This document shows, in pieces, positions 53,746 to 64,000 of a stretch of 64,000 bases of DNA. The DNA comes from Octopus bimaculoides (Eukaryota), in the NCBI RefSeq assembly GCF_001194135.2, contig NC_068993.1:4124843-4188842 (forward strand), written 5' to 3'. Under the pieces are notes generated by a model. It ran no database searches, was not told where the DNA came from, and saw only the letters and a list, made by a program, of their open reading frames with translations. How positions within the stretch are numbered: the stretch's first letter is position 1; the number at the start of each line of letters is the position of its first letter. A program made the translations under genes and the position numbers.

Positions 53746-54385
53746 AGCTTGATATATTATTGAACAGTCAACAACGTTGGAGAGTCATTACTCAAATGTA
53801 AGTGATTAGTTTGACTTAAACCTTTAAGGTGGTGCTCCAGCATGGCTGCAATCCAATGACTGAACCAAGCTAAAGAATACACATATGTATTTATATATAT
53901 GTGTGTGTGTGTGTGTGCATATATATGTGTGTATACATGCACACACACACACACACACACACATACACCCATACATGCATACATACATACACACATACAT
54001 ACATAGATACATATAGAGGTTGGTAGAGAGATAGATATACTTGTTGGTATCTTAGCATATTTCATTTTGTATGTTTATAGACAGACTCCGTGTTTATCTT
54101 TTGTAGGAATGTCTGTTATAACTGAACATAGGTTATTATTGATTGCGATGACGAGGATGACAATGATGACGATGATGATGACGATGACGATGATGGCGAC
54201 GATGATGATGATGAAGACGACAACGANNNNNNNNNNATACACACATACATACATAGATACATATAGAGGTTGGTAGAGAGATAGATATACTTGTTGGTAT
54301 CTTAGCATATTTCATTTTGTATGTTTATAGACAGACTCCGTGTTTATCTTTTGTAGGAATGTCTGTTATAACTGAACATAGGTTA

Positions 54386-54722
54386 TTATTGATTGCGATG
54401 ACGAGGATGACAATGATGACGATGATGATGACGATGACGATGATGGCGACGATGATGATGATGAAGACGACAACGACAACAACAATGACGACAGTGATGA
54501 TGATGATGATGATGATGATGGTGGTGATGATGATGATGATGACGATGATGATGATGATGGTGACGATGATGATGAGGATGATGGTGGTGATGGTGATAGT
54601 GTTGATGATGATAATGATGACGACAACAACAAAAGTGACAACAACAATGACGACAGTGATGATGATGGTGGTGGTGGTGATGGTAGTGGTGGTGGTGATA
54701 GTGATGATGATGATGATGATGA
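54386..54722. repeat. Complex (GAT/GAC/GGT)n trinucleotide tract
   Basis: Directly visible. Confidence 0.95.
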
Positions 54723-54876
54723 CGTTCAAACCAATTAGAGTGACATTCAATACCGACCCACTGACTAAGCAAATGTTGGTGTGATTAGAGGGTCTCTTGA
54801 ATAACTGACAAGTATTTGATTATTGATTAAGTGAGCTTTATTAAGCTTTAGATCTAGCTTGAATAGACTTAAACAT

Positions 54877-54921
<45 letters not shown>

Positions 54922-54946
54922 AAGAGAGAGAGAGAGAGAGAGAGCA

Positions 54947-54980
<34 letters not shown>

Positions 54981-55617
54981 CAAGAGACAGAGAGAGGGAG
55001 AGAGAGAGAGAGAAAAGCAAGAGAGAGCAGTAAGGAGTGGCGGAATACAGTGACATATTGAGTAGCTAGACGATGGAGCTACTTATTTCACATCAGTCAT
55101 GGGAATGCCAGATAGAACTACAATAAATTCATAGACAATGGCACTGCCAAAGTCTAAAAGAAACTATTAATGGGTAAAATCTGGAATTGGTGAGGAAATT
55201 GGTGGGTGAAGAAGGTGTGCTTTTTCGGTAGCATTTAGTCCATAGAAAACTTTATGGAAGTGTTTCTTTGTTTTTTTTTTGTTCTTTATTTCCATTTCAT
55301 GGTATATTACCAAATTGGTTTGTCTTCAAATGGTTCTGATAATATATCACTCATTCTTTGTGAAGGGACTAGTAGCTGTTTGCTCAACCCTTCTTGGTGC
55401 TGACCAGTGTAAGTAGTCCCCCACTCAACCTTTCTTACAGTGCATTGTAGCTTAGTTCGAGAAAGAGAGAGAGAGAGAGAGAAAGTGAGAGACAAACAGA
55501 CAGACAGACTTACAGAATGGCAGACAGACAGAGAAGAGTGGAAAGAGGAAGGAGAGAGGGGTGAAAGAAAAGGAAGAAGGGAGGGGCAGGAGAAGATTCT
55601 TCTAAGACTTGACTCAT

Positions 55618-55692
55618 GGTCACTGGTAGTGAACAGCTGACACTGGTACATCTCCAGCATTAGAAGCTGTGCAAAGACAATAATAATAATGA
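55618..55692 (+). mobile_element. Second R4/Dong-like 3' UTR fragment with (TAA)n
   Basis: tcactggtagtgaacagctgacact...cagcattagaagctgtgcaaagacaataataat is near-identical to 50697-50765. Confidence 0.7.
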
Positions 55693-55719
55693 TGATTTTT
55701 TTTTCTACTGTAAGCTATT

Positions 55720-55920
55720 ACAGGACTTGAAATCTTGTGGGGAAGGGGTCCAGTTGATTATGTTGACACCAGTACTCAATTGGTACTTTATTTTATAGAC
55801 CCCCTAAAAAAAAAAAGGAAAAGTTGATTTCAGAAGGAATTGAACTCAGGATGTAAAGAGTCACAAGAAAAGCCACAAAGCATTTTGCTCGACATGTTAA
55901 CAATTCTACCAGCTAACCAC
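55720..55920 (-). mobile_element. SINE family B
   Basis: ccagtactcaattggtactttattttatagaccc...gaattgaactcag...aattctaccagct. Confidence 0.7.
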
Positions 55921-55948
55921 TTTATATCATAATAATAATAATCATTAT

Positions 55949-56032
<84 letters not shown>

Positions 56033-57149
56033 GTTTCAAATTTTGCCGCAAGAGCAGCAAGTTTCAGAGAGGTGGGGGTTGGGGGTTAAAGTCGATTACA
56101 TCACCTCCCCACCCCCCACCGTTCAACTGGTGCATATTTTCTCAATAATTTATAATGGTTGCTATTCATTGAGGGAAGAAGAGAGGAGTCAAAGTCACTG
56201 CTACATGCTTTAGTGACATTAGAATCATGACTATAATTCACGTTACTATTATCAGCATCAATGAAAACTTGGTCTTTGGATCAGCTAATACTATGCAGTT
56301 GTCACTAATGTATGTTAATTCCCCAGATGATGCCGTTCTTTCTCTATATTTAGTCTTTGTTCACCGGCAATGGATATTTTCTCTCTTTCGTTCCATTTTT
56401 CTTTCTTTTTCGTTCATGCTGGAATATAAAGATGAATAAGAATATAGGAAAATAAGAGGTGTCAGCCTTCAAAAATGACCAATTAATGTCATATGTAAAA
56501 ATAAAGCACCGACAATTGCTCTGCCATGTATAGAATCAAATGTTTGATCTGTAAAGCTTTGCCAAGAAGAGTACAGCAGAAATGGAAATGCACTGAGGCC
56601 ATTTTTCATGCTTCCCCCTCTTCTTCCACCTCCTCTTCCTCCTCCTCTTCCCACTTTTCTTTCTCGTCTTCTTTTTCTTCTCTTCCCCTTTTTCATACAC
56701 TCATTAATCCGACTTATTCTTTTCTTTTTTGTTGTTTACTCCTAACACATTCTTTTTCTTCTTCTTCTTCTTCTTATTATTATTATTATTATTCTCCTAC
56801 TTCTTCTTCATCTTCTTCTTCTTCTTCTTCTTCTTCTTCCCACTCCCTCTCTTCTTCTCCTTCTCCCTCTTCTTTTCCTTCTTCATTCACTCTCTCTTTC
56901 TCATTGTCGTTTCTAACCCTTCTTGATTTGCTGAATGTAGCAGCTAAATACCTCACAACACATTTCCTCCTGTCGTTGATCTTACATTCAGAACCCTCGC
57001 ACATCCGTCACATAATTCTGCAAAAACACTGCAACAACCAGAACTATCAAACCCCTCACCCAACCACCCAAAGATGTGTAGACAAAACTTGACGAAACAA
57101 TTGTAACAACAAAGATAGAAAGAGAATCCTCAGTTTTGTCAGCTTTTTT

Positions 57150-57350
57150 AATGCCATGATAAAAGGCATCCAGTAGTCTTTGTTAAGTGGCTGGTGACAG
57201 GAAAGATATTCACAAGTAGAAACCATGCCAAAATTGGAACTCGCAGATGAGATGTGGTTCCCCAGATCCTTCTAGAAGGGTAGTAATTTGTTGTAAGAAC
57301 AAACCCAGATTGTGGAAACGTTTGCAGCCTGATCCAGCATGGAATAAAGA
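57150..57350 (+). mobile_element. Repeat family D, diverged
   Basis: aaaaggcatccagtagtctttgttaagtggctgg...gtagaaaccatgccaaa...ccagcatggaa. Confidence 0.55.
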
Positions 57351-57876
57351 AAAGAAAATGAGAGTATGACAATAAAGGACCATGATATTGATGGTAATGG
57401 TGGTTGTGGTGGTGGTGGTAAAGATGATGATGGTGATGGTGAAGATTATCATGATGATGATGATGATAAAGATGAGGATGATGGTAATGATGGTGATAAT
57501 GTGACAATGATGATGATGATGAATTTCTGTCTTTACCGTTACATATAATCCTGCTAATGCTGAGCTAACCATGAGCTGTTAAAATATCATAAAATAACTT
57601 TCATAGCAACAAGTTGGAGACGCAATCTATTCTCCCACATATTAGATACCTGTTCAATAAGTGTTCAATTTTATAATTGGATACCTGTTCAAAACAGCCA
57701 TCCAATTATAAATATTGAAAATGAACGTTATTATAAATCAAAATAGTGAGCGAAAAAGAAAATTGAAATAAAAATAAACCAAAAATATTTAAAAAAAAAA
57801 AAAAAGAAGCAAAACGAAGTCTTCCCACATTTTCTGTCTCTGCTACTTTTGCTCTGTCGCTTATGCTCTTTCTCTT

Positions 57877-57915
<39 letters not shown>

Positions 57916-58754
57916 CTCTTCCCTTTTCTCTCTTTCTCTTTCCCCCTCACTTTATCTCTCTATGTCTTCCTGTCTTTCTTTCGCTCTCTGTTTCTATCGA
58001 TCTCAGTTCCCAGTTTTATCTGACAGATCAAAGATTTTGTCACTCATTACCGTTCCTTCACAACAAATTAGCTTGCCTGTTCTTATTTTTCATCAATTTT
58101 CCCAGTCGTTATGCAAATTCTTTGATAAGATAACATTGCCTGCTGTCTAGAAAATTCCCTACAAACGAGAAATAAGGCATAACACCATTGGCATCATTTC
58201 AGCACTCACAGATATTCTTTGAGATTAAGGAATACAGGTTGACTCAGATATTAGCTGTGCTGCAGTATCAGATGTCTTTTGCTTGCTAGCAAGAACCAAG
58301 AAATATCCTTTTTAGCAGAAATTTTTCAAGTGAAGAACTAGTTTGCGGCATATATTATAACAATGTTTTCCAGAAAATATATCTAATGGAAATACCACAA
58401 GAAAATCCAAATACACAATTCTCAGTGATATTAATACAGGTGTTTGACGGTTTGATCAGAACTGATAAAACCAAGGGCCACATGAGGTCCCATTGTCTGT
58501 TCTGGCATGGTTTCCATAGCAGGATGCCCTTTTCTTGTTATCTTGAAGATTTGAGTTCAAGTTCAGCTAAAGATACTTAGTAGGAAATAATAAACCATAG
58601 AAGCTTATTTTTGCAAGAAGTTGATGAAATTTTCTAAATCCTTCAAAGACCAAACTCAACTTTTATTGATCCAATGAATAAACCTTGATATGGTTGTAGG
58701 ATTTGTTTAGAAGTAGCAATCTACAATCTTTTAAAGCCAAAATAAAACTAAGGC

Positions 58755-59020
58755 AATGTAGTCCTAGATACATTGTGTCTGAATATAAAATGGATGATCA
58801 TTGCTAAAAACAGAAATAGAAAATGATTAATCATTAAAATGTAAGAATGCATAAGATAATGTAGTCCTAGCTACACTGTGCTTGGATATAAAATGAGTCA
58901 TCATTGCTGATACATTATTAGAAATAGAACTTTTCTTTAAGTTAAGATGGATGAACACTCAATACAATGTAGCCCAAGATACACTATGCCTAGATATAAA
59001 ATTGAGATCATTGTTAGAAA
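58755..59020. repeat. Degenerate ~105-bp tandem repeat, 3 copies
   Basis: aatgtag(t/c)cc(t/a)ag(a/c)taca(t/c)t...atataaaat...atcattg(c/t)t at 58755, 58858 and 58966. Confidence 0.8.
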
Positions 59021-59024
59021 GAGA

Positions 59025-59320
59025 AGTTTACTATAGCCTTGGGCCAACCAAAGCCTTGTGAGTGGATTTGGTAGATGGAAACTGAGAGAAGCCCATCGTA
59101 TATATGTGTATTTGTGTGTTTGTTCCCTCACCATCGTTTGACAACCAATGCTGGTGTGTTTACGTCCCTGTAACTTACAGGTTTGGCAAAAGAGGCCAAT
59201 AGAATAAGTACTAGGCTTACAAGGAATAAGTTCTGGGGTCAATTTGTTCGACTAAAGATGTTACTTCAGCATGGTCGCAGTCAAATGACTGAAACAGATA
59301 AAAGAATAAAAAGAAAAATG
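59025..59320 (+). mobile_element. SINE family A, 3' two-thirds
   Basis: actatagccttgggccaaccaaagccttgtgagtggatttggtag...gtcaaatgactgaaacagataaaagaataaaaaga. Confidence 0.85.
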
Positions 59321-60019
59321 CAGTTCCTTTGTTTAGATCAACTGGGACCCTCACCGTCATAACCAATGGAATACCAGCCTTTTTTAGGTACCCTGTATAA
59401 GTAAAGGGATCACATTCCACTCCAGATATTATACACCCTGTTTCATTCCAGACAACACATTTACTGAAGGTAGACATTATGCATAATTAGTTAAAACTAC
59501 TTTGGTAAGCAAACTAATTATTACTAAGCAAGGATGAAACTTTTGCAAAATTCCTGACAATTTTAAAAAACCAAAAATGATTACATCCAATTTGTGTTTT
59601 TTAATAATGCACTCGATAACTAGAACTGATCACAAATTCAGAGATTCTAATAGTTAAGCTTTGCAGAATATTAACGTTTTTTTTTTCTTTATGTTGTTTC
59701 TTTATTTTTCTTTTCTTATTTTGGTTCAACAGAACATGAGGCAGTAATCAGAAGACAACAGAGTTAAGATATAATTGTTGCAACAATTTCAGGAATTATA
59801 ATCAGTAGTTGAAAGTAATATTCATTTTCTTGCTCTGTTTTTCTTTTTCTTTTTTTTTCTTTTTTACTTTTCTTATTTTTTTTTCTATTTTTCTTTGTTC
59901 TGTTTTGTTTTGTTTTGTTTGATAAATTCTGCAAGAAATTCAATTTCTTAATAAAATTATGAATCAAAAAAATGTGTATGATTATCTTCATAATGATTAG
60001 TTGATCTTGATAATGGTTC

Positions 60020-60361
60020 TCATGTTGGTAAAAGATTATGATGGTGGTGCGGGTGGGGGTGGTGATGATGATGATGATGACGATGATGATAGCAACAAAA
60101 ATGACAGCTAGGATAAAGCTGATGATAATGATGACGCTGGTGATGATAATGTTGGTGGTGATGGTGGTGGCGGTGGTGGTGGTTGTGGTTGTGGTGGTGG
60201 TGGTGGTGGTGGTGGAGGTATTGATGATTATCATGATGGTAATGATGGTGGTGAGTGAGGACAATGCCAGCAATGATAATGATGGTGATGATGACGACGG
60301 TGATGGCAGTGATGACAATGGTAACGACGAAGGAAATGATGAAGGTGAGGGAATGATAATT

Positions 60362-60401
<40 letters not shown>

Positions 60402-60403
60402 CG

Positions 60404-60435
<32 letters not shown>

Positions 60436-60630
60436 GATGAAGGTAATGACGATGACAATGAAGATGGTGAAGATGATACTGATCATCAATGTTCGTTATA
60501 ACCATTATCACAATAATAAACATGATCACTATTACAATTGTCATCGTCATCATATGTATTATCACAATAGTAATCATTATGTTTACCACCATCGTCGTCA
60601 TCATTTTCCTCATCATCATCATCATCATCA
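60020..60630. repeat. Complex (GAT/GGT)n then (CAT)n trinucleotide tract
   Basis: Directly visible; source of the poly-His/Met/Ile ORFs. Confidence 0.95.
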
Positions 60631-61025
60631 TCGTTTAATGTACGCTTTCCATGCTAGCATGGGTTGGACGATTTGACTGAGGACTGGTGAGACCAGATGG
60701 CTACACCAGGTTCCAATCTGATTTGGCAGAGTTTCTACAGCTGGATGTCCTTCCTAACGCCAACCACTCCGAGAGTGTAGTGGGTGCATTTACATGCCAC
60801 CGGCACAAAGGCCAGTCAGGCAGTAATGTGTATATGTATGTATATGTTTGTGTTTCTGTGTTTGTCCCCCAACATCGCTTGACAACTGATGTTGGCGTAT
60901 TTACGACACGGTAACTTGGCAGTTCAGCAAAAAAAGACCGATAGAATAAGTCCTGGGGTCGATTTGCTCAACTAAAGGTCTTGCACCAGCATGGCCGCAG
61001 CCAAATGACTGAAACAAATAAAAGA
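60630..61025. mobile_element. Family D (-, ~60630-60810) abutting a SINE A tail (+, ~60830-61025)
   Basis: cgtttaatgtacgctttccatgctagcatgggttggacg...cctaacgccaaccactccgagagtg, then gtttgtccccc...gggtcgatttgctcaactaaagg...caaatgactgaaac. Confidence 0.75.
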
Positions 61026-61354
61026 ACATATTTAAGAGAGAGATGTTTTGGTGTAGAAGCTATATTCATTTGGATGTACACATAGAGTTGTTACCAAAGA
61101 TATATTAATATCCTATAAGACACACACACACACACACGCGAGCGCGCGCACACACACATACACACATGCTCTCTCCTCTCTCACACCCACCCACATACAT
61201 GCACACATCCCAAATCCATCATTGTAAGACTCTTCTATGATTATTATATTTGACAAACAACATTGCTTCATGAATTTTTTCATGTATATTCTTTTTGTCT
61301 CGATGTGCATGTGTGTGTGTGTGTGTGCGTATGCATTCATGAGTGTGAGCGTGC

Positions 61355-61401
<47 letters not shown>

Positions 61402-61719
61402 TGGATGTTGCTTTATTGATTATTTTTGCTATTAGCTATAATTGTCTAAGATATTAACTTGTTTTACTTTATTAAACCTGTGTGTATACATGCTTACATG
61501 TATACTTCATATACATACATTTATCTCTATCCCTATCTCTCTNNNNNNNNNNNNNNNNNNNNNNNNNNNNNNNNNNNNNNNNNNNNNNNNNNNNNNNNNN
61601 NNNNNNNNNNNNNNNNNNNNNNNNNNNNNNNNNNNNNNNNNNNNNNNNNNNNNNNNNNNNNNNNNNNNNNNNNNNNNNNNNNNNNNNNNNNNNNNNNNNN
61701 NNNNNNNNNNNNNNNNNNN

Positions 61720-61778
<59 letters not shown>

Positions 61779-62290
61779 TACATATGTATAGATATAGATA
61801 ATTACATATATATAGATTTATATATATAAAACACACACACACATATATATATTATATATTTATATAACACACACACACACACACACACACATATATGTAA
61901 TTATCTATATTTATACACACAAGACTTTCAGATATCGAAGTCACTACGCAACTGAAACTTGCTAATGCGTTTTGATGTTTATTTTCTTTTGAAGTGCTGC
62001 GATGATAATGTAAATTGCTGACTTCTACAAACAAAGGAAATCAGAAGACATAGTAAATGTCTTAGAGGCCAAGATATGTATGTTTTTACTTTCTTACAAC
62101 AAATGATTTATGAAAATTATCTCCTTCACTATTCACGTTCACTTTCCTACACTTTGTCGCATTGATTGGAACCCACTTTCCTTCTTCTTCTTCTTTTCAC
62201 CTGCTTCTCTTCTTCTTTCCTCCTCCACTTCTTTTTCTTCTTCGTATTTCCTCCCCTCCCCTCCTCCTCTTCTTCTTCTTCCTCTTCTTC

Positions 62291-62360
62291 TTTTCGCCTT
62301 CTCCTTTTTCTTTTCGCCTTCTCCTTTTTCTTTTCGCCTTCTCCTTTTTCTTTTCGCCTT
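62291..62360. repeat. 20-bp tandem repeat, 3.5 copies
   Basis: Unit ttttcgccttctcctttttc. Confidence 0.9.
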
Positions 62361-62429
62361 CTTCTCTTCTTCTTTCCTCCTCCTCCCCTTCTTCTTCTTC
62401 TTCTTCTTCTTCTTCAATTTTGATCCGTC

Positions 62430-62530
62430 ATCAGGTTAAGACAGTGAATCAGAGAAAATTGCTGAGCAGCGTTTCTCCAGGTTTTACAATCTGAGCTCAA
62501 ATTCAACCAAGGTTGACCTTGCCTCTCAAA
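62430..62530 (+). mobile_element. SINE family B head, diverged
   Basis: ctgagctcaaattcaaccaaggttgaccttgcct. Confidence 0.5.
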
Positions 62531-63439
62531 ATTAATTTTTTAACTAAATAAACCGAGAGCTAAAAACTAAATAAAGCAGACTTGTCTTGAGTACTCAAAA
62601 TCTTTGGACACTCATTATAACTTAGTATCATATTGCACCAATATTATTGAGCACACTTCCCTAAATGAAAGAGCGAATGCATTTTATTCATCTCCCTCAT
62701 GCACTGTACAGGTGTATTTATTAATAATAGAATGGAAAACAAAATAATCATTTAGAATTCTACAAACTATGGCATTATTCCAACAACAAAAGATAATTGG
62801 TTTTAGTGATTATATCTTTGTGGATTCGAAATTCCTTTTGCGATTCTACAGCTCCTGTGTGATGATTTTGAATTCCTCATTAAGTTCCTTTGTGGCTTAC
62901 TGCGATTTTTCAGTGCTGGTGGTATGTGAAGTGTTCGAGAAGGTATATTACTTGGAGTAATAGTAATTGTGAAATTGGTGATATTGATTTGTTAGCAATA
63001 TTATTACAATAGGTACATGATCGAGTGGTAACCCTAGGGGAGAAGAAGAAGCTAATGATGTTGGACATGTTAAAACCATTCACTTCAAATTTGTAATTAT
63101 TAATCATCTTTAATTGGAAATTTATATTGGTGTCATGTAATAGCCTTTTATGACACAGCTACAGAATATAGAAACTGTTTTGATCGGGTCAAAACTAAGA
63201 TCATGGTTAGCAGATGTGTTAAGAGAATGATGTTTAAAAGCTATTCATTTGTTCAATTAACACCAACTGAGCTTTTTCCTCTTCACATATAATCCAGCCT
63301 GTGTCTCTGCCGACATGAATCATACAATAAACATGTGTGAGAAATCCTATTGTATTGTTCTTGGAATGAACTATTTGTTCAATCTCATAAAATAGTTTAC
63401 TGCTGCTCTTAATTGTCTTCTAAATAATTTCTCACCTGG

Positions 63440-64000
63440 AGATAACATCCATGCACAAGATGTACTATAATGGTTCAGCAGTACCTTTAGTCAATTCTCA
63501 CCAAACTTCCCAAATGATTGTCTGGAAAGCTTGTCAGGCAGACCTTTCTACTGCGCCATTAGATTTTGCACTTTTGATTTTCTTGGCCGCAAGTGAGCTT
63601 TAGCAGTTCTTTAAATGAATGGCACATTGTCAGCAGATACCACTGTCATTGGAAAACTGGAAACGATCAATGTTTGACATTTCTTTAGATTTATCCAAAT
63701 TGCAACAAGAACATTAAGTTTTAATAAAGCTGGTTATTTTCTAAACAGTTATGACCAAAGATATCTCTTGGAACATCCAGAGCTTTTAAAAAAGAGAATT
63801 GCAGCACATCAAAAAAATGTACTCCAAACCAATTCCTATGAATATTATTTGTCTCCTAAAAGGCTTTATCTCGATGCAATCTATAAGACATTCCTTTTTA
63901 CGGCAAGAAGAAATTCGACTATATTTTATGGGATATTTTGCATAAACTAGTTTATCAACCTCAAAAGTTTCTGCAATTTTATTTCCAGTCTGTAACATTA
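63440..64000 (-). pseudogene. Ty3/Gypsy pol integrase core remnant, running off the window end
   Basis: Minus frames IVSSFPMTVVSADNVPF (cf. FARFGIPETVVSDNGPPF), KSNGAVERSA (cf. QSNG.AERAV) and upstream KKECL...IGIGLEYIF (cf. KEPL...VGIDLF); many stops. Confidence 0.55.

Noticed and set aside
14136-61842. Long supplied ORFs rich in X, SL, TH, YI, CV, poly-His or poly-Met
   Set aside because: Translations of N gaps and di-/trinucleotide microsatellites.
62760-63110. Possible LINE endonuclease end (LDHVPIVIIL) or continuation of the Gypsy element
   Set aside because: Only a weak single motif with many stops; could not assign a family.

Overview
AT-rich, extremely microsatellite-dense eukaryotic draft-assembly DNA with about 10 large N gaps (e.g. 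14226-14755, 17332-18317, 32871-33452, 52720-53287). The repeat repertoire looks like an Octopus genome; this is inferred from recalled SINE sequences, not from a search. I could not recognise any intact protein-coding gene, so the window looks intergenic or intronic. Almost all supplied ORFs are translations of (CA)n/(TA)n/(CT)n/trinucleotide tracts or of N runs. Supported content: many tRNA-derived SINE copies of at least 4 families, decayed Tc1/mariner fossils and MITEs, a Helentron-associated element, LINE 3' ends (RTE-like, R4/Dong-like), a decayed Ty3/Gypsy gag and a separate integrase. Most interesting: (1) at 18.4-21.9 kb a locally amplified ~300 bp unique core carries a 59-nt pre-miRNA-like hairpin (22-nt arms, 18/22 pairs, basal UG at -14, CNNC at +16) in three full copies and one half copy in both orientations, bracketed by a ~400-450 bp direct duplication; (2) two Penelope-type minimal hammerhead ribozyme motifs in two different repeats, one attached to a tRNA-headed SINE with an inverted terminal copy.
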